DNA of 64,000 nt from Geosiphon pyriformis uo1 (GCA_016748015.1 JAAOMT010000029.1:298896-362895), one strand, 5' to 3'. Positions 13,861-28,650 are shown, counted from the stretch's first letter. Made by a program: numbers and translations. Notes: generated by a model not told the origin, from the sequence alone.

Positions 13861-16800
13861 GCAATCTTAATTTTAATTGGTCTGAATAGTTTTTTGGATG
13901 TTTGTTTTAATAACATCTATAAACAAGCTAATTGGAATTAATAGAAGTTTAGAATTAAAGATATTGATAATGTCAAATAAGTACAGTTCAGAGAATGCAC
14001 TTCTAGTAAGTTGTTGGCAAAGTTTAGTATATTCAAAAAAATAAAATATTATAATAATTTAGATATAATATAGAAAGTGTTAAAAGAGACTATAGTGTAA
14101 TTTGCTAATATAGTGTTCTCTAAATATTGGTATAATAAGTATAATTATGTGAAAAACAAACTGTTATTAAAATTTTTTAAGTTGGAACTGCTTATAATCA
14201 AGATTGTAAAGAAGTAGTGTTTTGGTAATCTGTTGAAGTTTAAATGTTTAGTCAATGTTTGATTGTCAGTTAATAATATTGAGGCATCTAAAGTAGTCAA
14301 TATGGTTTAAGATTGTGTGAGATCAATAGATATTATTAGACATTTGTTACTAGTTAAGAAAAAATATTAACAGTTTAAATATTATGAGTTAAAGATATCT
14401 AAGAATATAACTATTAGAAAGGCAATTGAGTAATATATAAAAGATTTCTGCTCTGAAAAAAAAAATGATAAAGAGTATTTTAAAATAACTTTTTTACAAA
14501 GTTGTATTAGATTACTTAGTAATAAAAAATAAATTAATAGTAGAGTCTGAAAAGATAAAGCTCAAAATTAATAAAATTATAGAAAAGTAGATAAAAAAAT
14601 AATTAGTGTTTCAAAGGATATTTGAATTTTGGTTTTGCTAATATATGTTTTTGAATTATGTAGATAATAATGTCTTTTTTAATATAATAAATAAAATTAA
14701 TTTGAAAAAATTAGCTTTAGTAGTTAATAATTTGCCAAATAGCAAGACTGTTGGATTGTCTAAAATACCTAATAAACTTTGAAAACATTATAGTAATAAA
14801 GTGTTGAAATGCTTTTTGAGATTGCTTAATTTGTGTTTAACTTTGGATGTAGTTTTAGTTCCTTGGAAAAGAGCATAGGTTTCTATAATTTCCAAATCTT
14901 ATAAATAAAATAGTGTTTTAACAAATACTTGGCTTATTGTATTGATTAAGACAGCTAAGAAAATCTTGTCCAAGATCTTCTTTGATTGGATATTCTTAGC
15001 ATACAGTAAATTTGATGTTCTTTGTGATGCCAACTTTTCAGTATTAAAGAATATCTTAACTTAGTCTCTTATTTTTGCCATTGAATTTGTGGTTAAAGAT
15101 ACATTAGAGAAAAATAAAAAGCTTTAATTGGTTTTATAGAATATGTAAAAGGTCTATAATTTTGTAAGGTAATATTATCTAAGAGCTAGTTTGCAGCATA
15201 TTAAGATGTACAATCAGTTTATTAAATTTTTTGGCAACATACATAAAGATTAAATCAATAAAGTAATAACTAATTTTGGGCTTTTGAGTAGTTACAAAAT
15301 ACATAATGAGTTAAATCAGGATGAGGTTTTTTTTCTTCTTTTTTGAAGAATTTTTTATGATTTACTTTTATGTAAAGTTAAAAGGCATAAGCACTTATAT
15401 GAATACTGAATTAATACTAAGTTTGTAGTTAAAACTAGCAGAATTAAGGCTGTTGGTAAGAAAACTTCATTTTTTGCTGCTAATATATTCATTGATAACA
15501 CAATTTAGATTGAAAGTAGCCAAGTTTCTATGCAGTATATTTTAAATATTATATATAAGTTCTTTGATATTAATAATATTTTAATTAATAATAAGAAAAT
15601 AATGGCTATTTTTATTAATTAAAATGTTAAGATAGCTTTATTAATAATTAATAGTCTGCCGATTTTGATTGCTAAGAAAAGTAAATCACATAAATACTTG
15701 AGTATTTTTTTGTCAACTAAGAGTTTTTCTAAGTTTAGTTTGGCTTAAGCTCATGTAGATGTCAGGTTTTTTTTAATGTAGTATTGAAAAAAGTAATTAT
15801 AGATAAACAGTTTTCTTATTTGGTATTGGCTGTCTTACAATCCATAATTAACTATCAATTGCAATTTAGTTTTGTTTTGTTAGATGTGTGTTATAAGTAA
15901 AATGTAATGATTAAAAAAAGTCTTAAAGCCAAGACTGATTTATTACAAAACTTTTCCAATGAAGCTTTGTATTATTTATTTTTATATGATCTGTAACTTT
16001 TTAATCAAGTGCAGTTTGAAAAAAATTGGTTTTATTAATTGTCTTTTTTAATATACTAGATATTTTTGGACATTTGTTTAAACATAGATTTTTGGATTTA
16101 TAAATTTTGGAATGGTCTCCTTTAAATTCTTTGCAATTTTTTGTTAAGTTATATGTTAGTTCAATAAACAATTTTTTGGCCAAAGTGGTTAAAATTTTTT
16201 TAAATAATGATTTATTTTTAATAAACAATTTGTTCAGTGTTTTTTGTGATATTAATAGGATTCTAATGTTTGACATTTTGGGAAAAATTTTATATTATAG
16301 TTTTTTTTTTGAAATGTTTTGATATTGTTTTTGGTAACAGACTTTTGGACAAAAAAAAAAGTATTATAGACTAGAAACTATTTCAGAAGTGAAAAAAGTT
16401 GGATTTTAGGGGTCTTGTATTTTTTTGGTTTAAGCTGGCATCTGAGTTTTTAAATAGAATAAACTCTTTGGTTATTGGATTTGCTAATGCTCATAAGTTG
16501 TGTAAATTAGATGTTTTAATATCTAATAAGTTCTCTAATGTGCATAAAAGTTTGCTTGAAATTTGGTTTAGTTTTATTAAAGTTTATACAAACAGTTTGT
16601 TAAGATACACTGGTTCTGTTAAGATTACTAATAAGATAACTGCTTATTTTCCAGTTTTGGATGTAAATATCAGCATAAAAGTACATGGGCTTGTGTCTTT
16701 TATATTAACTGAATTATAAGCTATTGTGTTGGCATTAAAGTGTGTTTTATTTTCTTGTACTGTGGTTTTATATCTAAATAGCCAATCTGTAATTAATACA

Positions 16801-17755
16801 TGTTTATTTAAGATTTTGTTTGCTATATTTGACTTCTGCAATTAGTATTGGATTGAAAAAAAACATATTGCTAATCTAGTTAAGAATAAAAATTTTTCTG
16901 TTATGTAAGTAAAAGTTAAAGAATATTTAAGTATTCTTGGCAATTTTTAGGCTAATATAATAGCAGATAAGACCACTAATTCTTCTTTTTCATTGTCAAC
17001 TGAGATTTGTGAATGGTTTTTAATAGCTGATGAAATAGTTGTATCTGATAATGCTCATTATTTTGTTCATAATTTGTACAGGTTTATTTGTTATACTTAT
17101 TAAAAAACTGGTTCTGGTTTTAGTGTAATTCTGAGTATAATAATTAAAAAGATAAATTGAATAGCTACTGTGAGTCTGACATTCTGATTTGTATATGTTT
17201 TTTGAGTTTACTAATAGAAAATCTGCCAACCAACACATATATTTAATGAAAGCTGTACATAGACAGCTATTTGTAATGATTAAAAAAAAGTTGTATAACA
17301 AAGTATATCTTAGTATGCTGTATTTGCTGTGTGGTAAAATGGAGTTGTTTAATCACATTTTTACTTGTGCTAAAGATATTGGTATCTAAAAAAACATTTT
17401 GGCTAAAGCTTTTAAGAAATAAATGTTATTGACAAATGCTTTTTGTTTGTTTTTTTCTGCTATTTTCAGATGTTTTCTCTATGTTCTTTAAATATAAGTT
17501 TGTATACTGTAATTTGTAAAAAATTTGTGCTAAATAAATAATATGCTGAGGCTATTATGGTTTTTAATGGAAAGAAGAAGACTGTTTTTGTTTTTATTGA
17601 TTATATGAAACATTTAGTAAAGTTGGATTGCACTAAGATATGGCTTATAAAGTCTAAGCATAAGATAAATATAAAAAAAGCTGAGTTAGTCAAGGATAAT
17701 GGTTTGGTTTTAGATTTGTTTTATAGAGTAGTATCTATATTATTAAATAAGATGG

Positions 17756-18141
17756 TATTACAGGTAAACTTAGAGAGGAATAAAACAGTAACTTTTGATG
17801 TTTTGGAATTGAGTAATAAAAGCTGTAAAAGTTTTTCTAAGAAGATTCATTTAGGATATTAGAGTTAATAGTCTTTGAAGGTTTTTTTTAGATATGAATT
17901 TACCTGTGAAGTTCTTTGGTTATAAGACACAGAGATATAGTTTTATGGTATTGCAACTTATAATTGTGTACTATTTTTTCCAAACTAGTTAAATACAGTT
18001 ATTAGAATTTAGTAATGTTTTTTTACTTTTCTAGTAAGCTAACAAGATAACATTATTATTTAATTCTAGAAAAAGCTTTTCTTTTTTATTAGACTATTAC
18101 AAAATCTATTCTCAAACAATCAATTTTTTCTATATTGCTAT
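17756..18141. mobile_element. Probable LTR fragment of another family, interrupted by G1
   Basis: LINE homology stops abruptly and TATTACAG (decayed TGTTACAG terminus) begins. No internal match elsewhere in the window was recognised. Confidence 0.45.
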
Positions 18142-18924
18142 TATTACTTATAAAAAGGAAAACAGATATAGAAAATAGTAGACCAATAAGAGAATAGTAG
18201 CTAGCATGTAAGCAAATTGCTCAGCAATATGAGCATTGCTTAAGAAATTATAGCACATTGCTTGGGAATGTGAGCAATCTTGTAGAACATCAATTATGTA
18301 TATATAGCAATAGCATTAGAAGAAAAAAAAACAGACTTCTTAGTTTAGATTTGATTTAAGCAATCTTCTACATCACAAATATTAATAAATAATTATTTAA
18401 TATCTCAAATTTACTCCACACTATCAATACTTTATGTTAATAATAATTGATACTTAACTACACTGGAACAATAGCTCTTGATCACAGCTATTGATGGAGT
18501 ACTAACATTTATTGTCTTGGCTTATTTCTTTATTTTTCTTTTATTTTTTTTTCTTTTATTTTGCTTTGTTATTTTTTGTTATTGACTAATTGATTAAAGA
18601 GTAAAAGTGCTGAATTATTGATGTCACAGATAGCCTAGTAAAAGACCCAGAAATAAGGATATAAGATTTATAAATTAATGGATAGCTTACCAGAAAGGCA
18701 CAACTGCCAGAATAAACCAGCCACCACACTGAAAACAGAAATTGGGAAAACAACTTGAGAGATCAACCAAAACCAACCATAGTAAATCTCTGTCTATTAT
18801 ATAAAAGACTTGACCAAAATCTTCAGATTATGAAAACCTTTAGATATTAATACTATTCTATCAATTAAGCACCAAGTTACAGGTTTGTTATTTGCTTTAA
18901 GACTCCAAATAATCATCTGTAACA
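18142..18924 (+). repeat. 5' LTR of G1 (family A)
   Basis: TATTACTTAT...CATCTGTAACA with a TATA-like GTATATATAG (~18300) and AATAAA (~18385); homologous to the other family-A LTRs. Confidence 0.9.
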
Positions 18925-18926
18925 TT

Positions 18927-18944
18927 TGGTGCTCCTTGTAAGAT
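18927..18944 (+). promoter_or_regulatory. Primer-binding site
   Basis: TGGTGCTCCTTGTAAGA lies 2 nt after the LTR end and TGG is complementary to tRNA CCA. It resembles elongator tRNA-Met or tRNA-Ile 3' ends (tRNA identity uncertain). Confidence 0.8.
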
Positions 18945-21900
18945 ATAATTCTACAGAAAACCAATACCAATGACAATTATCCAAAAGTGGCAGAATCAGA
19001 AATAATAGGGACAAACCATTTAGGATTTGCTAAATCTTTATTTTAACAATACAGCCAACAATTGGGCTTAACCAACAACTATTATCCAGCAGAATCAGTC
19101 TTTAACTTTTATGTTAACAAGAGAATCACAGATTTTCTAGGAAAACCAGTTGATATTAAATCAGCAAGAGAAAATTTCTATACAGAATTAATCCAACACA
19201 CCAGCTTATAATAAAATTACAGTTTCACACTAATTATTAAAGAAATTAATCAAGAAATTGAAAGATACACTCAACAACAATTCCTCATTACCTATGCAGA
19301 TAAAAGTAAAGGAAAGTTACAAACTCCAGCAGTAACTCCAAAAGGAATACAACTATTAACATGAAAGAAACAAAGAATCAAATCTCCACTATATCTATCA
19401 TATCATCATACACCCAAAAGTACTATCAATATCACATTAACAGGTGTATTTACATCAAATGTGACATCAACATTTGGACAACTTCCATTTCAAAGTAAAC
19501 AAAAAAAAGCAGAATTATTAGAAACCTATAGCGATTACTTCGAAGAATTTAAATTGTGATCACCAACACCATCAGAATTTTAATCACCACTACCTCCACC
19601 AGATTTCGAAACTGCAAGTTCTTAGGAAATAATGGCATCAAAAGAAGAGAAAAAAGAGGATCAAAAATTTAATTATCAAAATCTGATCACAAAAAATCCA
19701 GAAGTTGAAACTCCAAATATTCAAATCCAGCAAATTCCAAATAATCCAAACTCCGAATTAATTAATCAGCAAAACTTACCTCCAGAAATTGTCATCAATC
19801 AGCAACCAATTAATCTGATTGCTAAACAACTTCAACAGCTGCCAATACTACCTCAACAATTACTCTTTCAATCACCACAACAACCAAACTTGAATCCAAT
19901 GGCCTACACTCCAATAGCAAAACTTGAAAAGTTTACAGGCAAAGAAGACAATGCCCAAATGTGGCTGAACAATGTGGAAAAAGCCATCGCAGCCAATAGA
20001 TGGAATGACACCAGAGCCATGTAAGCCATTTCATATTTCTTCTAGGATACCGCCAACTCATGATATCAAAGCTTGATTAACAAACTTCAAGATTTCAATG
20101 CATTCAAGCTTGCAATCCTATAATATTTCAGCAATAATAATAACAATAACTGATTAGCCAATACTTTCACCACTATCAAGCAAGGAGAAAATGAAGCAGT
20201 CACTACCTACTTAGAATGCTTTTATAGAAATCTGCACCAAATTCAGGCAATTCAAGCCAATTATTTCACAGCACTACAAATTCTAAATTAATTCATTAGA
20301 GGCCTGTGCAGTAACATTTTTTAACACATATGTCCATTACATCCAGCAGACTTTTAAGCTATAGTTACAAACACCAGAGATTTTGAAGCAGCTGAACTCG
20401 AAGCTAACCATGTCCAAGCTGTAAATCTAGTAATAAATGAATCATCTGACTTGGATTTCAAATTGAAGCAATTCAGTAAATCAATCAATTAATCAAAAAT
20501 TAGAAAAATACTTAACTAATAACAATTAGGCAATTTATCAATTTTCTCAATAATACAATAATCAAGAAAACTCTAATCACATCCAAAATCAACTGCATCT
20601 AGCATCATCGACCAATCAACAGTAACAACAGAAAACACATAATTGCCACTATTGTGGGAAACAAGAACACTTACAAATTGACTGTCATGATCACTTAAAT
20701 AACTAACAATTGAGAAATCAGTATTGAAACCCTGATTGCTGGGTTCAAACTCTGAATTACTAACCAAACTCAGAACCATATCATCAGAATTACTTATCAA
20801 TAACACAGCAACCAATATATCAACTGCCAATATATCAGACTTTGACATCTGTAATATATTAACTGCAGCCACAAGTAATATATTAGTCTTCACAAATTCA
20901 AATACCATTATAAAACTTATCTTAAAATGGAATCCAAAGACCAAAAATAACACAACAAAGCTAGAAATTGGCAATAATAGTTCATCAACCAATTTCCAGT
21001 TCTTCAGCTTAACCATTAAGATTTTGACAGTGGAATTTGGGCACTGGATACATCCAAAACCCGAATTTTCAACACTATTTAAACCTTTTAGTAACTCCAG
21101 AAAATGTCTTATCTAATAACTTGGAAACCAACCAAATACAACCACTCATCAGCAACATACTTTCAGCTACCATTACCAATAATGAATCACTAGCAGCAAT
21201 TTTTTCATTCGAACTTAAAGAACTATTATCTATACTGTTGTTCAATAAAACCATGCTCGAAGAAAAACCAATCACCACCATGTATACAGATGTTAAAGTT
21301 AATGGCGACCTCATCAAATTAATATTAGATAGCAGATTAACAGGCAGTATTATTATATGACAACTCATGAACCAATTAGGTTGCTGAGTTGATTGCATTG
21401 TCAGCACCAGAATTATAACAGCTGATGGAGTGACTAAAACTCTAATTGGTGAGATTGATAACTTTTCCATAGAAGTTAACAGCATCATAGTACCAATCAA
21501 GATATTAGTTATGGAAGCCACTCAGTACTAAGCACTTATTAGTAATGACTGGTTGTCCAAAACCAATGCGATGCTTGATTGGAACATGCAGAAGCTCTAA
21601 TTTAGCCAGAATGGTTAACACACACATGTACCAGCCATGTGTGGCCACTTTAAGCCTATTACCATGCCATCAGCACCCCTTATTGAGTTTGACAATGAAG
21701 AAAAAAAACCTACTTGGAAAGCATACCAAATTTTTTGGGCTAATGATGATTACAACAAGTTACTACCAATTCTAAACTGAAAAGAAAAACCCAAAGAAAA
21801 AAAGAAAAAAAGACATACCTAAAGAAACTGATGACAACATAGAAACTAGTGGTTAAGGAAGTTCATATTTCACAGATACCAGGTCAGAACCACCTTATAT

Positions 21901-22803
21901 TCCTCTTAAATACAAAGACTGTAAGAAAAAACTGTCTTTTATGGAGCTTGGGTTGTGTTAGATAAAGATTACTGAATGAAAATCCATTATTACTGCAACC
22001 CATACCACCAAAAATGCTATGGTTACCCTAAAAGACAAGGCAAATAGAACAATGAATTATGTTTTGCTTGTGGCAAACAACTACTGGACAAAAGAATGTG
22101 GAATAACATTCCTGGACGAGAAAGAACATGTGATGCTTTGTGCCAGTACATGATTCTTATAAGCAACTGAATCAGTCATGAAACTCTTATTACTGCAGTT
22201 TAGCACCAAGAAATAACTTGCTTGGACAGTTATTCACATGACAAAAACCAAATCTGGAAAATAATAAATGCCAAAGTTGAAGGAACCACATCCAGCAAAA
22301 TCTTGGAAATTAAAAATAATCCTCCAAAACCAGTCAATGTCATTCTAATTCCAAATTCCAATGTTTTTTTTGACATAGAGACAGGCCCATAAGAGTTTCA
22401 TGAGCACTATCAAAATTTGGCACCAACAAAAAAAGAGCAGGAACAGCATTTGGAAGAAATAAACACCTGATTATGTGATTATTGTTTGATCCCATGTGAC
22501 TTTTAATATTGTAATGAGTGTGACCTCATTTACAATCCACCATCACACATAATCTACACAATTCTAAAAGAGGAAAAACCAATCAGCAGCTGTACATCAG
22601 AATCGGAATTAACTTTCAATCCCAATTCAAACTTTGACAATGACAATAACAATAATAAAAACAATGGTTTCAGCTCTGCTCAATATGACAACAAAAATAA
22701 CAACAATTCAGACTCTGATTCAAACTCTGAAACATACATTGTGCTTTTTGATCTCTCTAAGGAGCAGAAACTCAGATGGTTTAGTAATAATAGTGAAGGT
22801 ATT

Positions 22804-23200
22804 ATGCCAGAATATGTGCATAATACTGATGCCAGGTTTGATCTAAGATATCCAAGAAAGAACACCATTAAATTGGAACCACATTCATGCATATGCATTG
22901 ATCTCAAAGTAGCATTAGAAATCTCAGCAACAACAATAGTTCAATTAGCATTTAGAAATAGCTTAGTAAAAAAAGAAATCAATATTAGAAGAGGAATAAT
23001 TGACACAGAATATGTAAGAAATATTATTGCAATACTACAAAATGATTCAAAAAAGACCTATATCATAAAGCCAAACAAAAAAATAACACAGGCAATATTT
23101 CTGTTTCTGGTTAAAATAGCTCAATTAGTATTAGTAAGAAACAAAGAAGAATTAGAAATTACAGTTAGAGGAATACAGGGTTTTAGATCTACAGATAGAA
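22804..23200 (+). pseudogene. Retroelement dUTPase domain (G1 pol)
   Basis: Decayed trimeric dUTPase motifs: DARFDL, FRNSL, RGIIDTEY, KITQAIF, RGIQGFRST. Confidence 0.88.
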
Positions 23201-23742
23201 TAGATATACCAGTTAATATGGCAGAGGAAGAAATTGTTAACAAAGAAAAAATTATCTCCACCTGTCAATTAATTTCTATTCTATTATATAATTAGTACAT
23301 AGTAGTCATAGAAAAAAAAATAAAGGATCAGATTCAGATTTTTGAGACAAAAGCAACACTTTGTGAATCAAGAAAGATTGGATTAGTCAATTTATACATA
23401 TCAGCCAAGAATCACAGGCACATTAAAATTCCTATTTACAACAACATGGGAGATACTATTGAAATACCAGAAAGAACCACTATTGGATACTTAATTACTG
23501 AAATTGAGAACCAACTGCCAAACACCATTTTAAACTTTCTACAACTGTGTAGATATGTAGATATTACATCCCAAACAATATATAGCTGAGAAGAATGTTA
23601 TCTGCTCTAACCAGAACAATTGAAACAGATGAACTTGGGAAATCTAAACCCATTATAATGTATGCAGCTTAAGATATTACTCAATAACTTCAATGATATC
23701 TTTGCCAATGAAAACAAATTTGGCAGAACTGACATTATTTAA

Positions 23743-26360
23743 GCTTTTGTAGATAATAAGAATTATATAATAAAGAGTGTATTAGAAAGATCTTTTAGAA
23801 AAGTTATGCTAAATTATTTGGTTAACAATAATAAATTGGTTTTAAAGCCTGATGTAGTTAAGTATAGAGTTGATTTAATAATAAAAAATTGGGCCAAAAA
23901 ACACACAGTTAAATCTAATGTTTTTTTTATTGGCAAAGACAATTTGTACTTCTTAGTTATATTGCTAATAATGTATTTTCTGGTATAATGTTTTATATTA
24001 ACTATGATAAATTTTTACTGGTGATTAATGATTTTTTTGATGACAAAGCTACTGAATTGTTTGGTATTTCTAATAAGTTATAGAAGTATTGTAATAAGTT
24101 TGTTTTAAAATGTCTTTTGTGTTTATTTAATTTATGTTTGATAACTAAATTGGTTTCTAATGCCTAAAAAAAGACTTGGATGTCTATAATTTTAAAGTTT
24201 TATAAATGAAAAAGAGTTCTAATAAATACTAAGTCTATTGTTCTTATTGAAACAGTAAAAAAGATTTTTTCAAAAATTTTGTTTAATCATATCTTTAAAA
24301 CTTGCAGCAAGTATAATGTTTTGCATAAAGACAATTTTTCGGTTTTAAAGACTACTTTGACTTAATTTTTTATCTTTGTTATTGAATTTATGATTAAAAA
24401 CACTTTGAAAAAAGACAAAAAAATTTGGTTGGTGTTATAAAACATGTATAAAGCATATAATTTAATAGCCTAATTACATTTAAAAAATAATTTAATACAA
24501 ATCAAAATATGTAATAAGTTTATTAAATTCTTTAACTATATTTACAATAATCATATAAATAAAATTATAATAGACTTTGATCTGTTTAAAGATTACAAAA
24601 TTTATAACAAGTTAAATCAAAGCAAAGTTTTTTCATCTTTTTTTGAAGGATCTTTTATGATTTCTTTTTATATAAAATAAAAAAACAGAAATTTTTGTTT
24701 AACTATTATGTTAATTTTAAGTTTGTTGTTAAAACTGGCAAGATCAAATTAAATACTGGTCTGACCACTTATCTGGTTGCTAGTGCTTTTATAAATAATA
24801 TAATTTGGATTAATAATTGTTATACAACAATGCAAAATATATTAAACATTGCTAATGAATTCTTTAATATTATGGATATCTTAATAAATACAAATAAGAC
24901 AGTAGTTATTTCAATTAACTTAAAAGCCAATAATATTTTTTTAAACCTAAGTAATTTACTTATTTTGAGTGCTAAAATAAGTAAAACTTATTAATACTTG
25001 AGAATTTTTTTGTTAATTAAAGGTTTTTCTGGCCTTAATTTAAAGAAAGCCAATTTAGATGTAAAATTTTTTTTATTTATGGTTCTGTGCAAAGTTATTT
25101 TAAATAAACAATTTTTCTATTTGGTCTTGATTATTTTATAGTATATTGTTGAATATAGAATCTAGTTTTGCTTTATTAATAAAAGTATATATAAAAAATA
25201 AAACTGTTTAATTAGAAAAAGATTAAAGTTTAAGACCAGTTTGCTTAAAAACTTTCCTAATAAAGTGGTGTATTATTTGTCTTTATATAATTTAAAGCTT
25301 TTTGATCAGATACAAATAGAAAAAAAGATGACAGCAATAATGAATTTTGTTAATAGTAAAAATGTTTTTGGCCAGTTTTTCAGACATAAATTGCTAAATT
25401 TGCAGGTTTTAAGTTGAGTTCTTTATAATCTTCTTCAGTTTTTTGTTAAATTAAAGATTAATTTAATGAACAATTTTTTGGCTGGCATTATCAGAATATT
25501 TTTAAACAAAATTTGTTTTTGGCCAATAACTTATCCAGTGTTTTTTGTCTTAAGAATAACACTTCTGTTATGAATATTCTAAATAATATAGAATATTTTT
25601 AGGTTTGTAAGTTTTTGAAATGTTTTAATATTATTTTTGCAAACCAGTTTTTGAATAGTTATGAAAAATATTTTGTTTAAAAAAATTTTTGTTAATAAAA
25701 ATATTTAGATCTTAAAAATCTAACTTCCTTATAATTTATGCAAATTTTGAAGTTTATTAAGAATAATAATCTGGTCTAAAACCTTTTTTTTGTTTTTGAA
25801 AATTCTCTCAAAACAAGTATAACTAATATATATAACTTTGGTATTATTTGTTCCAGATTAAAAAATGTAAAATTTTGGTTTACATTAATAACTCTGTTAA
25901 AAACTTTAGTTCTTTTAATGTTGTTAATAATATAACTGCTTATTTTTCTAATCTGGGTCTGTTAATAAGAATAAAAGTGTAAAAACTATTATTTTTAATC
26001 CTAATTGAAATACAAATTATTGTTTTGGCTCTCAAATGTGTACTGGCTTCCTCCAAAATTACAATTTTTTTCAATAGTCAAACATTTTTGAATACATATT
26101 AAACTGAGTTAAAGTTGGTGGCTTCTGATTTTTACAACAGGTGCTGAGTTGAGCACTGCCAAGTCAGCAATTTGGTCAAAAATAAGAGTATTTTGGTAAT
26201 GTAAGCTAAAGTAAAGGATCATTTTGGTGTGTTGAATAATAAGTTTGTTGATAGGTTGGCAGATTGGGTTACATCTTCAGGACTTGCTCTTCTAGTTAAT
26301 ATTAAAGAAAAAGTTTTGATGGCTGATAATAAGGTGGTCTAGCAATACTTGCTGCTTTAT
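23743..26360 (+). mobile_element. Internal LINE ORF2 fragment (RT to RNase H)
   Basis: IKSVLERSFRKVML, ASAFINNIIW (decayed AFVDDTIW) and VKDHFGVLNNKFVDRLA. It ends at the VVSGN-like motif next to unique DNA. Confidence 0.88.
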
Positions 26361-26494
26361 AAGAACCTAATGATCAACATATATCCGACAAAAAAAGCGT
26401 CCGACGTTCAAGACTTTCAGTTAACCCAACGGGATTGGAAGAAATTGAATAGGAGATTTGATTAAGAACATACTGATTTCCATATCTTTTTCCA

Positions 26495-27170
26495 GGGATC
26501 TCGGCCTGGTTGTCAACTAGCAAGAATGTGGGAGAAGAAACACCTTATACCAGCCAACAAGAGCGGTGAAGCGCACGCACACAGATCTCGAGTCGGATGA
26601 TGACAATCACCAGACCGACACTAGACTGCCGATGGTGAATGATAATGAGGTATGCAGTAGTCTTGTAAAATGCTGCTATCTATTGCTGGACACATGTCAA
26701 ATCCTGTTGCTTATCCAGTCTATTGACCGTTTCCAAGCCTGTCTTAGTTGATAAACTTCGAAGGTCGCCGACACCCTAACGGGGCCGGTGCCAAATCAAT
26801 TCAAAGTCTTGAACGTCGGACGACTTCAAAGGTCACCGAAGGAGTAAAACAAAACTTTTCTTTCACCGAAAACGAACAAGGAGCAGTCATAGAGCCTTTT
26901 GTTAATCATTCAGAAAAAACGATTTGTGAGTTTTTGGTTAAAAATGAATCAGCCATTCCTCCAGAGATTGTCGAAAAATTCGAGGCTAAACAGCGTCCTC
27001 CTCGCCCTGGAAAACATCGGCTTCGTGGCTCATCTCGAAGACTTGAATGACGGAGTCTCGAAGGCTGCCCGTATTGTAGAAAAAAAAATCCACTTGATGA
27101 ACTTGTGATCGAAATCTGTTTCCAGACATGACTGATAAAAGACAATTTTCTTGAAAGAGGTATGCCTTTA
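26495..27170 (+). pseudogene. Possible spliced gene remnant, unknown product
   Basis: Acceptor-like TTTTTCCAG (~26494), donor-like GAG|GTATGC at 26649 and again near 27160, and coding-like stretches (KRTHTDLESDDD; IPPEIVEKF). No consistent open frame could be built. Confidence 0.2.
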
Positions 27171-28500
27171 GTCTGCTAAGTGTTCGTTATCTTAAGAATT
27201 AAAGTTTTTAGTAAAGCTTTTGAGGAATATAAAAAAACAGCCCGATATCATTTTTTTGCCTTTCTGCACGTGACCAGCCACCTGGCGTTGAAAAATTTCC
27301 CTAAACTTTCTTGCTATGAACTTGCTCTAATCAAGAATTTCAATATTATTGCCCCTAGCCACTTCTTGGTAAGTTTTGCGGTATGTTTGGATCATCTTGT
27401 GGAGCCAAATCAAGTATCTTTCTATACCTTTCCCGATTCAATTTCCTTTAAAACAACCCCATACCATAATACCAAATTTTACTATTGGTTGTACATGCTA
27501 GTTTCTAAATGGTTCCACAGGCTTCTTCCAATAACACTTGCGTCCGTCAGAACCGAAAATTAGGAACTTATTTTCTTCAGAACAGATAGCGTGCTTCCAG
27601 TCTTCAATAGTCCAATTTTCATAACTCTTGCTTGTAAACCATTCCGCCCGAGTGCTCTACGAACAGTTTCAACATTAATATTAATGTGTGAATTTCTGTG
27701 CTGTTGAACATTCTTGAGTAGAAATAAGACGAACAATATTTCGTTAATTTTTTTAATTTTTTATGCACATTACCGTACACTTTCATGAGAAGCAACTTTT
27801 CAGGTAGAATATCCTTCGCGTTTTTCTATAAAAATACGGATCATAATAATTTTTTTATGACAAAGATTGTTAATTCATTTCTTCCAGATTCAGTACCTTT
27901 AACTAAAGAAAAATTCTTCTCTTGAATTATTACTATTAAGACAATCTGAAATAAGCAATAGAACCATATAAGAAACGCGACCAACCTTGAGCGAACTTAT
28001 TGTTGATTTTCTCGTTTATTTTTTACAATAGTTAAGTACGAAACCATAACAATCATAATTAAAGGAGCTACTGTAAAACCTTTCTTTTATGACTGCAAGC
28101 AGGCAAACAAATAGAAAACGTATCTTATTACTCACTCGTCAGAGCCCTTTTTACAATGCCTAATGTTTTCCAGCAATAGTTGATCTGATAGGAAAATCCA
28201 CTAGATTTTCCCGCAGTATATAGCATAAACGTCTTGAGAGTTTTTGTATACGGTGCATAATAGTCTATCTTTCCGCAAAATTGGCACGAAAGTCCAAGAA
28301 CTTCAAAAATGCAAGAAGTCTAGAAGAGACTTTGTACTGCAGGTCGTAAAACGCCTTTCCTTTCTTGCATCTCTGTTTACGAGCTCCATATTATTTGATT
28401 CGGCTTATTCAAAACAGATTATGGGATCAAATTAAAAAAACGATTCGTATAGCAAAGATAAATTAAAATTTTTTAATCAAGATTTCATAAGATTAACTGT

Positions 28501-28523
28501 ATGATGATGATGATGATGATGAT
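28501..28523. repeat. (ATG)7 microsatellite
   Basis: ATGATGATGATGATGATGATGAT about 130 nt upstream of the WS/DGAT start and upstream of a TATAAA at ~28577. Confidence 0.9.
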
Positions 28524-28650
28524 TGACAAAATGCAGGAAATTCGCCAATTACTAATATATTATCTCAATTTTCCCATATAAATATGAAGACCAATTAATA
28601 AAACGTCGAAAATTTCCCTTTTTTCCGTTCTAAATTTTTTGTATTAAATC

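Larger units (their letters stand above)
10340..17755 (+). mobile_element. Degenerate LINE with a different ORF1 N-terminus; split by a solo LTR, 3' end displaced by an LTR insertion
   Basis: ORF1 fragments 10362-12298 include LLYTL..TTA and IVICF. ORF2 begins at ~12298 (WKII.CNI) and the APE motif DTDHKAV is split at 12975/13861. RT, RNase H (VYTNSL, LTEL) and CGKMEL.NH..TC remnants run to 17755. Confidence 0.88.
18142..23742 (+). mobile_element. Ty3/Gypsy element G1, 3'-truncated before the RT core
   Basis: 5' LTR, PBS, gag (MAYTPIAKLEKFTG, CHYCGKQEHLQIDC knuckle), protease (LILDSRLTGS), Cys-rich block, dUTPase and the RT lead-in (FANENKFGRTDII), followed by a junction into LINE sequence. 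Confidence 0.92.

Noticed and set aside
18620-18924. Possible ORF inside LTR U5 continuing into gag
   Set aside because: Frames are not consistent among the LTR copies. Any stop can be rationalised as C>T, so that alone is not evidence.
20573-21116. Overlapping and antisense ORFs near the gag end (also 49050-49268) and a possible gag-pol frameshift
   Set aside because: G3 shows gag and protease in one frame, which is Q/P/Y-rich and so rich in CAA>TAA stops. The open alternative frames are shadows, and the G1 shift is explained by a small duplication near 20480.
27180-28435. ORFs 27180-27563 and 28244-28435 as host genes
   Set aside because: Non-ATG starts, no motif, and no supportable splice model.
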